A stretch of DNA of 64,000 bases from Spirochaetia bacterium (GTDB taxonomy: Bacteria; Spirochaetota; Spirochaetia; DSM-2461), in contig CAXXIA010000001.1 of assembly GCA_963666985.2 (NCBI GenBank), forward strand, positions 768,001 through 832,000. The letters are read 5' to 3'. This document shows positions 39,744 to 49,631 of the stretch, piece after piece (the stretch's first letter is position 1; each line of letters opens with the position of its first letter). Both the position numbers and the translations under genes were made by a program. The notes under the pieces are model-generated. The model saw only the letters and a list, made by a program, of their open reading frames with translations. It was not told the origin of the DNA and did no database searches.

Positions 39744-40114
39744 GGGGGGAGGAAGTAGTCGGCAGAATGGCGGCCCTGGTCGATATTTCTGAGAAGCGGA
39801 TTGAAAAGACTGAAAGGATTCATGAGGCGATCAGTGAAGATGTTCTTCGGCTGCAGCAAAACGCCCGAGAGATGGATGACCTCCGGGGCGTAGTCGGGGA
39901 TCTGGTCGATATCGTAGCCAAATCACGAAATACCGACTGGGTCGGTGTTGGAAAACTTGCCTCCATACTCGAGGTCGATGAACAGACCATCCGTCGATGG
40001 TTTCGAGAGGGAGTTATTCCCGGATATCGGATCACCGAGAACGGCCATATCCGTTTTGACTTACGCGAGGTAGATCAAGCTATCAAGGCCAGAGGTAAGG
40101 TTACATATGGATGA
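39740..40114 (+). CDS. Excisionase-like HTH DNA-binding protein
   Basis: C-terminal LASILEVDEQTIRRW.REG.IPGYR...GHIRF. Confidence 0.75.
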   Translation: MRGEEVVGRMAALVDISEKRIEKTERIHEAISEDVLRLQQNAREMDDLRGVVGDLVDIVAKSRNTDWVGVGKLASILEVDEQTIRRWFREGVIPGYRITENGHIRFDLREVDQAIKARGKVTYG

Positions 40115-40337
40115 AAACACCGATGTCCCAAGAATGGTCCGCCAAGGGATGGTCGGTTCCGTTATGGGACTTGCCGAATCCCTATCGGTAAAATCCCTTG
40201 TTTTAGTAGACAACCGGCCGCCGAAAGCGGCGCCGGATGAACGATAGAAAGAAACACACACACCAACACTCGGGATGTAGGAAATCTTCACGGTCAACTG
40301 GGAGGACGGGTGAGGTGTGCCTCAAGGAGAAGAGCAA

Positions 40338-41234
40338 ATGAACCAAGACCAAGTGAAAGAATTGTTGGTATCCCTCGATAACAGGACTCCTGATTTCAGT
40401 GTCATTTTCACCGGGAAAGAGAGCAAACGAATCGACGGTCTTTACAAGCCGAAATCCCGGGAAATATTAATCAACAATAGGAACTTTCGAGACGAGAATC
40501 AGCTTATCTATACGGCTATCCATGAATTCTCCCATCACATCCACTTCACCCGATATCCCGGAGAATTCAAACGCCGCTCCCATACAAATCATTTCTGGAG
40601 CATCTTTCATGAACTGCTTGATCAAGCAGAATCCCGCGGACTCTATTCCAATATTTTTGTCACCGATCCGGCATTTGTGACACTCACCGAGCGGATTCAG
40701 ACCAATTTTCTTTCCCGAAATGGTCAATTGATGAAGGAATTCGGGAAAGTGCTTATTGAGGCATTAGAGCTTTGCGGGAAAAAGCATGCGACATTCGAGG
40801 ACTACATAGATCGGGTACTCGGGATGAGTCGAACCACGGCGAGGAGCATCATGAAGATGTACGCCTTGGATATCGATGAAGATTTCGGCTATGACCGAAT
40901 GAAGGCTGTCGCAACAATCCCAAAATCATCAACTCGTGAGGCGGCCAGTGAAGCCTTCAGGGAAGGAAAGACCCTGGCCCAGGTACGACATGAAACCAGT
41001 CATTCCGAACGGGAATCTTCGAGGCATGCGCTCAAATCCGAGAAAAACGTGCCGGAATCAAGTGAAATCGATTCGAACCAGCCATCTACCATCGAACATC
41101 TTCAGGCTCAGAGGCGTTCTCTTGAGAAGAGTATCGCCGACCTGGAAAAGAAGCTTCAAGAGATTGATCGAAAGATTCATCGGGTTCATGAGAATCGTGG
41201 GCATGGTTATTTGTTTGAGGATATCCCGGTATGA
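40338..41234 (+). CDS. HExxH-containing protein with C-terminal coiled coil
   Basis: GLYKP..REI.I.N.NF...YTAIHEFSHH...HTNHFW. Confidence 0.7.
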   Translation: MNQDQVKELLVSLDNRTPDFSVIFTGKESKRIDGLYKPKSREILINNRNFRDENQLIYTAIHEFSHHIHFTRYPGEFKRRSHTNHFWSIFHELLDQAESRGLYSNIFVTDPAFVTLTERIQTNFLSRNGQLMKEFGKVLIEALELCGKKHATFEDYIDRVLGMSRTTARSIMKMYALDIDEDFGYDRMKAVATIPKSSTREAASEAFREGKTLAQVRHETSHSERESSRHALKSEKNVPESSEIDSNQPSTIEHLQAQRRSLEKSIADLEKKLQEIDRKIHRVHENRGHGYLFEDIPV

Positions 41235-41617
41235 GCGGGGAAAAGAGGACACCCCTGCCAACGCACTATCGGTATGAGGATGGGGATTTCTACGAAAATC
41301 CAGAATTCGGAACGGTTAAGAATCCTCCTTTGCTCAGGCGATTTTATGCGGTTCGCGAGACTCCGTGCGGCTACTGGATACGGATGATGAACGGACGTGA
41401 GAGGTGGGTGAGTAAGACCAGCCGAAAACGATACGCCTACCCGTCACTCAAGGAAGCGGCCCAAAGCTACCTGCAGCGGAAGCGACACCAGGTCGGCTGG
41501 TGCAAGTTTTACCTCAAGAAGGCAAAACACTTTCTGACCCATGCCGAACGGCTGGAGGACCAGCTCAGTGAAGTCTCTACCGACAAAACGGTGAATCACG
41601 ATGCGCTGGGAAGATAA
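41231..41617 (+). CDS. Hypothetical phage protein
   Basis: ATGA overlap; VRETPCGYWI...RWVSKTSRKRYAY. Confidence 0.65.
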   Translation: MSGEKRTPLPTHYRYEDGDFYENPEFGTVKNPPLLRRFYAVRETPCGYWIRMMNGRERWVSKTSRKRYAYPSLKEAAQSYLQRKRHQVGWCKFYLKKAKHFLTHAERLEDQLSEVSTDKTVNHDALGR

Positions 41618-41882
41618 CGAACTCATCATCATTCTGTCGGTTCGTCATAGCCGACTGACGGTCGATCAATCCTGTCATCTTTGTCAGGGCGAGATGGAGA
41701 AGGGGGATCAATATATCTCTGTCGGGATCGTCGATCGTCTGAACGGAACCAAAGAACGTTGGAACCTTTGCCTTGGCTGCGGAGAGTTTTTCCAATTTCC
41801 CTCGGTTGAGGATGCCCCGCCATATGCTCAAGAGTTTCTTTTCGAAAACAGAATGGCCTCGGAGATCTGGAACCATGGATGA
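41601..41882 (+). CDS. Hypothetical zinc-ribbon protein
   Basis: CHLC...CLGC pairs; in early operon. Confidence 0.5.
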   Translation: MRWEDNELIIILSVRHSRLTVDQSCHLCQGEMEKGDQYISVGIVDRLNGTKERWNLCLGCGEFFQFPSVEDAPPYAQEFLFENRMASEIWNHG

Positions 41883-42089
41883 GGATCGGAAGATGAAGGA
41901 GGTTTCAGTCCATCGCTTCGGACCGATAAGATCGTGCCCCTTCGATTCTCATTGCGGGAACGACGAGGGGGGTGGATGCAACGAGTCGCCTTCTTGTGCA
42001 GCTGACTTTGACGCCCCTACGACCTTGAAAAAGGCAATGTCTTTTCCTGCAAAGAGTAAGGGTGAGAAAGGGTTTACAAAGGGATAATT

Positions 42090-42917
42090 ATGCAAACTTC
42101 AAGGGCCATGGATCGAATCTTGGGAATCGCCGACAACTATGAGATTGATACACGTCTCTACTGCCGCTATCTCCGGGAGACCGATCAAGAGGTCGGGGCC
42201 GAATCTTTGAAGGCTTGGGCTGGGTTTTTGGTCGGCGAAGGGTATGCCGCTGCGACGGTGAATCGGCGAATCTCCGCGATTCGTTCCCGGATTCGGACCC
42301 TCTTCGAGGAATCCGGAGATGAGGCCTTCGATGTTCTGGCTCTTTACAGCTTGGAGCGGGATTTGAAGCGGGTTCACGGGATGAAGATCAACTCGAAGGC
42401 CGTTGATCCTTCAAAGGTTCTTACGGCCGATGAGGTCCGCGCCGTTATCGCAAAGTGTTCACTTCGGATCGGTCTGATTGTGGAGTTTCTCTATACGACC
42501 GGCTGCAGGATTTCCGAGGCCTTGGGAGTGAGGCGGAAAGATGTGCGGCGCCACCGGGAAAACGTCGTGATTCGAATCGTGGGAAAAGGATCGAAGGAGC
42601 GGGTTGTCCGGATCACCGTCGGTCTTTTTTCCAGGATCACGCAAACACACCATGGCAAAGAGTTTCTGTTTGTAAACCTTTCCGGCGAACCGTACACCCG
42701 GCAATACATCGAGAGGGTGGTTCATGAGGCGGGAGAGGCGGCATTGGGGAGGCGAGTGACACCGCACTGCCTGCGGCATTCGTTCGCGACCGAGACGATC
42801 GAGAGGACGGGAAAGATTAAGGGTGTGTCCAAGTATCTCGGGCACTCATCTACGACGACCACGATGGATATGTACAACCAGGAACAGCTGGACTTCGTTG
42901 AAGTCCCGGAGCTGTAG
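42090..42917 (+). CDS. Tyrosine recombinase (XerC/D-like)
   Basis: TGCRISE, GKGSKER, HCLRHSFA, LGHSS..TT..Y catalytic set. Confidence 0.9.
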   Translation: MQTSRAMDRILGIADNYEIDTRLYCRYLRETDQEVGAESLKAWAGFLVGEGYAAATVNRRISAIRSRIRTLFEESGDEAFDVLALYSLERDLKRVHGMKINSKAVDPSKVLTADEVRAVIAKCSLRIGLIVEFLYTTGCRISEALGVRRKDVRRHRENVVIRIVGKGSKERVVRITVGLFSRITQTHHGKEFLFVNLSGEPYTRQYIERVVHEAGEAALGRRVTPHCLRHSFATETIERTGKIKGVSKYLGHSSTTTTMDMYNQEQLDFVEVPEL

Positions 42918-42926
42918 GGAGGGACT

Positions 42927-43118
42927 ATGGAGAAAGGAAAGACGTGCCAATACACCTACGAGGGAGGCGGTGATTATCGGACCGGCTGCGGAGGGAAATG
43001 TTCAATGGAAATGGTCCGGGAGATCGATCGCAATAACTACCGGCACTGTCCCCGGTGTGGCGGGGCGATCGTGTGGCCGGACCCGACGATGAGGAAAGGA
43101 AGGATAACTGATGGCTGA
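42927..43118 (+). CDS. Small zinc-ribbon protein
   Basis: TGCG...HCPRCG; RBS GGAGG. Confidence 0.55.
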   Translation: MEKGKTCQYTYEGGGDYRTGCGGKCSMEMVREIDRNNYRHCPRCGGAIVWPDPTMRKGRITDG

Positions 43119-43578
43119 TATGAACCACGCCGGTATGGTCGGCCGGCTCACGAAGGCTCCTGAGTTGAGTTATACACCAAGCGGGTGTGCGATTCTCCAG
43201 GGATGCATCGCGAACAACTACATGAAAAAGAAGGGTGATGCCTACGAGGATGAGGGTCAGTTCTTTGATTTTAAGATCATAGGACGCCGGGCTGAGAGGC
43301 TGGCGAGTTATCTTCATAAGGGTTCTCGGGTTGGATTGGAATACCAGCTTCGACAGGACCGCTGGACGGCTCAGGACGGAACGCCTCGGTCCAAGGTATA
43401 CCTTCTTGTTCAGAACATTCAGTTTCTCGACAGCAAGCATCAGGAGAAGACCGAGGGCGGCCTTGAGTACGATCCGAGCGGTGCACCCCGGACTATGGCC
43501 GAACGAGATGCCAGGGTTAGAGCTGAGCGTGACGGATGGAATCCGCGGCCTGATTTCGAAGACGATATTCCGTTCTAA
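43111..43578 (+). CDS. ssb: Single-stranded DNA-binding protein
   Basis: VGRLTKAPEL.YTPSG, YLHKGSRV, acidic tail EDDIPF. Confidence 0.92.
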   Translation: MADMNHAGMVGRLTKAPELSYTPSGCAILQGCIANNYMKKKGDAYEDEGQFFDFKIIGRRAERLASYLHKGSRVGLEYQLRQDRWTAQDGTPRSKVYLLVQNIQFLDSKHQEKTEGGLEYDPSGAPRTMAERDARVRAERDGWNPRPDFEDDIPF

Positions 43579-43600
43579 AGAACTGCTCGGGGAGGGAAGT

Positions 43601-44518
43601 ATGGCACGAGGCAGAATGATCAATCAGAGAATAACCAGATCTCAAAAATTCGACGCCACAATCAGGGCGGATGAGGGTGCCGGTTTGCTTTATACCCTCT
43701 TGATTCCTTTTGCAGATCGCGACGGACGGCTTGAAGGAAACGCTTCAATTATTAAGTCAACTTGTTATCCAAGGTGGGATGAGATGCCGAAGAAACGGGT
43801 TTCCAACCGCCTTCAAAGGCTTCACGACGAAGGATTGATTCTCTGGTACGAAGTCGATGGTGAGAAGTATATCCAGATAACCGCTTTTACCGAGAACCAA
43901 GAGGGGATGAGGTACGAGAGAGAGAAGCCTTCCGCGATTCCTCCATGCCCCGAAGGTTTCACTTCGGAGACTGGCGGACGTACTCCGGCAACTGCCGGAG
44001 TTAATCCGGAGGATGACGGAAACAATCCGGCAAAAAATCGAGAAAATTCGACAAAAAGCGCTCTAAGTGGCCTGGAGGGGGATTGCGGAGTTACTCCGGC
44101 AACTGCCGGAAGTACTCCGGCTGAAATAGAAAGAGAAATAGAAATAGAAATTAAAGAAGAAGGAATGGCGGTCGTCGCCCAAGGCTCCGCCACGCCATCT
44201 CTCTACAAGGCCATTGAAGCGGCGTTTCTTTCACGGGTTGAAAAGTTCACCAACTACCAAAAAGAGGGCCAAGCAATCAAAGGGTTAATCAGCAAGGCTG
44301 AAAAGTGGTCTCCGGATGATCCGGAGAGTTTCATTTTTCAGGTTATCTCCATGTTCTTTACCCTTCGTCAGAAAGACAAGTTTTTCGGCGGGCAGCCTTT
44401 CACTCCATCAGCTCTCAATTCCTCGGGAATCTTCGACCGGGTAATGGTCCAGTTTGAAAACCGGAAAACCACGATCGATCCAGAGGTTGAGGCTTATCTC
44501 AAAGGGGTATCAGCGTGA
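43601..44518 (+). CDS. Phage replication initiator protein
   Basis: MARGRMI...LYTLLIPFADRDGRL wHTH-type N-terminus; internal repeats and EIEREIEIEIKE linker typical of phage initiators. Confidence 0.75.
   Translation: MARGRMINQRITRSQKFDATIRADEGAGLLYTLLIPFADRDGRLEGNASIIKSTCYPRWDEMPKKRVSNRLQRLHDEGLILWYEVDGEKYIQITAFTENQEGMRYEREKPSAIPPCPEGFTSETGGRTPATAGVNPEDDGNNPAKNRENSTKSALSGLEGDCGVTPATAGSTPAEIEREIEIEIKEEGMAVVAQGSATPSLYKAIEAAFLSRVEKFTNYQKEGQAIKGLISKAEKWSPDDPESFIFQVISMFFTLRQKDKFFGGQPFTPSALNSSGIFDRVMVQFENRKTTIDPEVEAYLKGVSA
43981..44160. repeat. Putative phage origin iterons
   Basis: TACTCCGGCAACTGCCGGA at 43981 and 44092 plus partial copies, followed by purine-rich GAAATA repeats. Confidence 0.6.
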
Positions 44519-44850
44519 ATCCGGAATTGTTTGTAAAACTGGCCGAAGGGTATTTCGGTGAGTATCGGCCCGTGGTGAAAGCGGAAGTTCTCCGAGAACT
44601 TCACACCTGGGATGCCCGATCCCTGGAGAAACTCTGGGAAGAAGCGAAGCGGACTGTAGGAACGCAATATAAAACTCCTCCGGATGTCTGTTTTATCGAG
44701 AAATCAGAGGCTTTTGATTTCCGGAAAGAGATCGCCCGTGAGGAGCGGATTGAAAACCGAACGAAACAGCTCACAGTCGGAGAAGAGAGATTCGATTCGG
44801 CGGCGATTTTCGCATCAATCAGAAAGCAAATAGCGAAGGGGACTGCATGA
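44515..44850 (+). CDS. Hypothetical phage protein (helicase-loader position)
   Basis: GTGA overlap with initiator; position only. Confidence 0.6.
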   Translation: MNPELFVKLAEGYFGEYRPVVKAEVLRELHTWDARSLEKLWEEAKRTVGTQYKTPPDVCFIEKSEAFDFRKEIAREERIENRTKQLTVGEERFDSAAIFASIRKQIAKGTA

Positions 44851-45053
44851 CTTCCTTTGAGACCATCGGAGCCCCGTTAACCTGCCGGAGGTGCGGGAGA
44901 TCGGTAGACACGGTTTATCCACTCCGGGACGCAAAGGGGACGCGGGCCGCATGGTGCGCCGGGTGCATCGTCAGTCATTCGGATGAGATATCAGAGCGAC
45001 CTGCCGATTTTAGGCCGGAGCAAGGGGAGTTATTTGGGGAGGAATGTGCATGA
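44847..45053 (+). CDS. Small zinc-finger protein
   Basis: CRRC...CAGC; QGELF tail. Confidence 0.55.
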   Translation: MTSFETIGAPLTCRRCGRSVDTVYPLRDAKGTRAAWCAGCIVSHSDEISERPADFRPEQGELFGEECA

Positions 45054-45222
45054 GAGAGCATATCGACAAAGGAAAATTCGTTCTCCGGAAACGGAAAGTA
45101 GCGTGACCTGTCTCTATTGGGTTCTCGGATATTTCGGGTTCATTGCCTTGATCCTTGGATTTAACCGGATGGCCTGCAGCGGGGGATTTCCCGAAGAGAG
45201 AGCAGGATGACAAGAAGGAGGC

Positions 45223-45606
45223 TTGGGAGAAGTGAGCAAGAGCGTACAACGGAGATTTGAGGTACAGAGGGGCACTAAGGCGACAGAAAAAACATTAATC
45301 ACATGCAACGCCGAAGAGCTTCAATGGGTCGAGGATTCCCTTAATGAAAAAGACTGCCGGATAGAAGAGCTTGAAGCAGAATTGTTATCGGCACAATGCG
45401 AACTTGGTAAGGCGAGGAGTGTGATTAAACAAGGATTGTCGGAACTCTCAGAGTGGGAAGAACCACAATCTGAATATCATACAAAGGCATATAAAGCATT
45501 GCTTAAATGGGTTGAAGAAGACAAAGAAAAGCGCAGAACACTTGGCCGATCCCAATCAGTTGTTGCAAAAATGCAACTGGTGAAACATGCTCTGAATGCG
45601 GATTAG
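45223..45606 (+). CDS. Hypothetical coiled-coil phage protein (may extend to 45857 via frameshift)
   Basis: ORF with RBS; -1 frame open from about 45525 to 45857. Confidence 0.5.
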   Translation: MGEVSKSVQRRFEVQRGTKATEKTLITCNAEELQWVEDSLNEKDCRIEELEAELLSAQCELGKARSVIKQGLSELSEWEEPQSEYHTKAYKALLKWVEEDKEKRRTLGRSQSVVAKMQLVKHALNAD

Positions 45607-45889
45607 ATCCAGGGCTTATATGTAGCTGTGCCGGAAAAAAGCCCGAATCCCAGCGCGGTCCTTGTATAAAGAATCAGTATAAATTAAGTGAAAAAATAAA
45701 GCCTTTGGAATCACTGAGTGATGGAGATGATGAGGCGGCTCTGGGCTTTTGGATAAACGGAAGAGATTGGGGAGACGAGCCGGAAGCGACCGCGTTCAAG
45801 GTACAGGCCGCCGAGGCGTGGAGAGCCGCTCTCTCTTACTCCAGAGGAGAGGAGTAACCTTATGGAATATGAAGATGAGGAGATGCCTG

Positions 45890-46333
45890 ATGGCGACACT
45901 CTATGAAAACGGAAGTAGTAAAGGAAGCAGATCACGGTATCAGGTTAGTTGGAGAGAGGGCTCTAAAAAGAAGGTTAAGGGATTTTCTAAACTGGCTGAT
46001 GCGCAAAGTTATTACCGGGAAAAACAAGCCGGCATGCCACCCGGTCAACCGAGATACAAGAGCCGGGATGCCCGAAACAAAACCGGCAAGGTCGGAGTCG
46101 GCCGGAAGTATGATAACGGCCAGCTGACCTATTTCACCGTTTTGGTAACGTTTAATGGTCGAAGGAAAATCCTGTCTTTCTCTATATCAAAGTATGGCAA
46201 GAAGAAAGCTTTCGAATATGCCTGCGCATGCCGTAAGGAATGGGAAAAGAATCCTGAATCCGTGAAAGACTGGGTAGAAATAGGCCCTGACGGACGCTGC
46301 CGGACATGTGTGCCAGGTGAAGTCACTTCATGA
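45890..46333 (+). CDS. AP2-domain DNA-binding protein
   Basis: RNKTGKVGV...SFSISKYGKKKAFEYACACR AP2 signature. Confidence 0.7.
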   Translation: MATLYENGSSKGSRSRYQVSWREGSKKKVKGFSKLADAQSYYREKQAGMPPGQPRYKSRDARNKTGKVGVGRKYDNGQLTYFTVLVTFNGRRKILSFSISKYGKKKAFEYACACRKEWEKNPESVKDWVEIGPDGRCRTCVPGEVTS

Positions 46334-46931
46334 TCGAATACGACGGATACGAATTCGAAAGTCCCCTGGAGCGGGCGAAGGTTGAACGCATTGCCGATAT
46401 TTGCAGTCTTTCCGTTCGGATCGCCGCGGCAAAGGTATAAACCATTCTATGAATGCCTTGGCGAGTTGGTTTCCTGTATGAACGATCTTGAACGTTTGAG
46501 CGGGCCGTTATTTCCGCCGAAGGGCGGCTTTGTTCCGCCGGTGTCGGGAGAATGTGTTTTCCCGAATATCATAAGTCCGGATCTCATTAAGGAATAGGCG
46601 CATCGCCATGGGGAGGATGATGATGTTATCAGAGATGATCGAGACGTACGTCGAAGAGAACCGGGAGTTTATCAACAGTCTCGGTGATTTTGCGGACCAT
46701 TTCATTCCATTTGAGAAATGGGATCATGGATGCCGTACCATCACGACGTGACCGAGTGTATCAGGATAAAACAAATGTTAATGCGAATAATGGCTTTAGA
46801 GTTGACAATGATGAGAGCATGAGATAATTTAAAAACAAATCAGAGGCAATCGCTGACCGAAGACGGAGGCGAGGACCGGAGATATCACACCAGTGGTGTC
46901 TTTAGTTCTCGCCTCTTTCGTTGGGGGCGAG

Positions 46932-47378
46932 ATGCCAAAGAGGCCGGAAAACCGGATCTGCTTATCGTGTGGCAAAACCTTTAAAGGAAAGGGCCACCGC
47001 TGCCCACAATGCCGTCCGACCTCTGATATAGACCGCGGCGAACACCGAAACGCGAAATATTACACATCGGCAGAATGGCGAAAGATTCGTGCCGAAGTTC
47101 TTACATCCCACGGAATCCCGAAAGATATCTGGCATCTTTACGATGTAGACCATACACCGCAGTACAACCCGGAGGTTGAGAGCGACCACCGGAAATACAC
47201 GCTTACTCCTTTACTCCACGGTGAGCACTCCCGTAAGACAGCAAACGAGATCAGCAGGGACAATGGAAGGTTCTCCAAGCAAGGGGAGAGGGGGGAGAAA
47301 TCTCTCCAGGGTACCGCCCGAAACCGGGTAGGGCAGTTTCCTTCGCACTCTGTCAGCAAAAAGGTAAGGGGGTCCTGA
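46932..47378 (+). CDS. Packaging-associated HNH endonuclease
   Basis: CxxC/CxxC, YYTSAEWRKIRAEVL, VDH, HGEHSRKT; directly upstream of terminase. Confidence 0.8.
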   Translation: MPKRPENRICLSCGKTFKGKGHRCPQCRPTSDIDRGEHRNAKYYTSAEWRKIRAEVLTSHGIPKDIWHLYDVDHTPQYNPEVESDHRKYTLTPLLHGEHSRKTANEISRDNGRFSKQGERGEKSLQGTARNRVGQFPSHSVSKKVRGS

Positions 47379-47884
47379 TGCCGAGCGGTGGGCACAACAA
47401 GAAGCCGACTCGCCAAAAGATCATCCAAGGGACCTTCCGGAATGATCGGATACCGCCTTTTCCTCCGGAAGCGCCGAAGATCATCACCATTCCGCGAGCC
47501 CCCTCCTACATGAACAAGTGGGCGAAGAAATATTGGTCGGATCAGATCGGGGATATGGTCGAGACCGGTGTGATTCGGACTGTGGATCTCGGTGTTTTTG
47601 AGCTTCTTTGCGAAGCATACGGCCAGTATCGGGAAGCGCGAGAGGCTATCTACACAGTAGCCGGTCCACGGGGCGGGAAGAGAAAGCGAACTCTTGCCGA
47701 GTACTTGCGTGGCCGTAATTCACAGACGGCTCCGGAACTTACGGCGATGAATAAAGCCTTCGACAACTTTCAGCGACTCGCCAAAGAGTTCGGGATGACT
47801 CCTGTCTCTCGGAACCGTATCGATGTTCCGCCGGAGAAGGGGGAGATCAAAGATCCGATGGAGAGGCTTTGTGAAGAGGGGTAG
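47378..47884 (+). CDS. Terminase small subunit (P27 family)
   Basis: KKPT..K..QGT, AP.YM...AKKYW, AKEFGMTPVSR. Confidence 0.88.
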   Translation: MPSGGHNKKPTRQKIIQGTFRNDRIPPFPPEAPKIITIPRAPSYMNKWAKKYWSDQIGDMVETGVIRTVDLGVFELLCEAYGQYREAREAIYTVAGPRGGKRKRTLAEYLRGRNSQTAPELTAMNKAFDNFQRLAKEFGMTPVSRNRIDVPPEKGEIKDPMERLCEEG

Positions 47885-47915
47885 CGTGGTTGCGCTGCTC
47901 CTTATCGGGGTGGTG

Positions 47916-49631
47916 ATGAACCTGACGGCCGAACAATATATAGAGGATGTTCTCTCCGGGAAACAGGTCACCGGTCGACTGACCCGCTTGGCCGTGGAAC
48001 GTCATGTCCGCGACCTGGAACGTCAGGAAGATCGAGATTTTCCGTTTTATCACGACCCTGAAGCTGCGATCCGTAAAATCGAATTTACCCAGCAACTCCG
48101 CCATTCGAAAGGCGAATGGGCGAACCCGCGGTTGCATGATACGCGGATTTGTCTTGAACCCTGGCAGCAGTTTATTGACTGGTGTCTCTACGGCTGGAAG
48201 AGGAAAGCGGATGGTTATCGCCGGTTTTTGAAGGCCTATGTCGAGGTTGCCCGGAAGAACGGAAAGACGACCGACGGGGCGGCAAAAGCGAATTATGCCT
48301 TTTTCGCCGACCGCCCTCGGGAAGAAGGAGCGGAGGTCTACTTCGGCGCCACAAAACGAGATCAAGCGAAGATCGCATGGCGAGAAGCCGAGGCGCAAAT
48401 CCGGAAGCACCCGTATCTTCGGAAGAAAGCCAAGACCTACAGTCATTCATCGACCATTATTATTCCGGGAACTCAGAACAGGATGCTTCCCTTGGGGAAG
48501 GATTCGGATACCGAAGACGGCTTAAATCCGCACTTTGCACTGATCGACGAGTACCACGCCCACCCGGATAACTCCATTTTAGAAATTGTGGAGTCCGGTA
48601 TGGCGGCCCGCCGGCAACCCTTGATCTACGTCATCACGACCGCGGGCTTCGATAAGAACTCGGTCTGCTATCAGGAAGAGCGGACCCTTGCGGTTAACAT
48701 CCTTGAACGCAATATTGACCCGGTTCCCGAGACGGTTTTTGCCATGATCTTTGCCTTGGATGAAGGTGATGACTGGGCCGACCGGAACGTTTGGATCAAA
48801 GCAAATCCGAACCTTGGGGTTTCCGTTCGTTGGGAATTCTTGGAAAAACGTGTCGAGGAGGCCCTTGCGGTCCCCTCGAAGCAGAACGATATCATCACGA
48901 AAAATTTTAATGTCTGGACGCAGGCGGTCACACGGTGGATTTCGCCGGAGGCGTGGAAAGCCTGTAACGGGAAGGTCTTCGAGGCGGCTCTTACGGGCCG
49001 CATCTGCTATGGAGGCCTGGATCTTTCGACGAACATCGATATCACCGCATGGGTTATGGTCTTCCCGCCGGAGCAAAAGGAGAGCGAGTACCGAATCGTC
49101 CCCCCGTTTTTCATTCCGGAGGAGAACCTTCTTGAGAGGGAACGGCGGGATAAGGTGCCCTATTCGGCGTGGGCGCGTGATGGTTTTGTCATTCTTACTC
49201 CCGGAGATGTCATCGACTACGACTTCATCGAAGCTCAGATTCTCAAAGACGCCGAGACGTTCGATCTTCAAGAGCTTGCCTATGACCGATGGAACGCAAC
49301 CGAGATCGTGAACCACCTCTCCGAGAACGGCGTAACGATGGCTCCCTTCGGGCAAGGTTACGCCTCAATGAATCCGGCCTGTCAGCTGCTTGAGCAGAAG
49401 ATCCTCGCCAAGGAAATCGCCCATGGAGATAACCCGGTCCTCACCTGGATGATGTCCTGTACGGAACTCAAGAGTGACCCCGCCGGGAATGTAAAGCCGG
49501 TCAAGCCGGATCGTCGGAAGAGCGGCAAGCGGATCGACGGGATCATTGCGACCCTCATGGCGATGCATAGGGCCGTCTCCGGGAATGAGACCACAAGCGT
49601 TTACGAGGGAAGGGGAGTCCGCGCCGTATGA
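47916..49631 (+). CDS. Terminase large subunit
   Basis: LEPWQ, VARKNGKT, IDEYH, ITTAG, GGLDLS, YDRWNA, KRIDG. Confidence 0.95.
   Translation: MNLTAEQYIEDVLSGKQVTGRLTRLAVERHVRDLERQEDRDFPFYHDPEAAIRKIEFTQQLRHSKGEWANPRLHDTRICLEPWQQFIDWCLYGWKRKADGYRRFLKAYVEVARKNGKTTDGAAKANYAFFADRPREEGAEVYFGATKRDQAKIAWREAEAQIRKHPYLRKKAKTYSHSSTIIIPGTQNRMLPLGKDSDTEDGLNPHFALIDEYHAHPDNSILEIVESGMAARRQPLIYVITTAGFDKNSVCYQEERTLAVNILERNIDPVPETVFAMIFALDEGDDWADRNVWIKANPNLGVSVRWEFLEKRVEEALAVPSKQNDIITKNFNVWTQAVTRWISPEAWKACNGKVFEAALTGRICYGGLDLSTNIDITAWVMVFPPEQKESEYRIVPPFFIPEENLLERERRDKVPYSAWARDGFVILTPGDVIDYDFIEAQILKDAETFDLQELAYDRWNATEIVNHLSENGVTMAPFGQGYASMNPACQLLEQKILAKEIAHGDNPVLTWMMSCTELKSDPAGNVKPVKPDRRKSGKRIDGIIATLMAMHRAVSGNETTSVYEGRGVRAV

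Noticed and set aside
47282..47375. cos site at the HNH/terminase-small junction
   Set aside because: Position and G-rich texture fit cos-type phages, but no specific cohesive-end sequence can be supported without virion-end sequencing.
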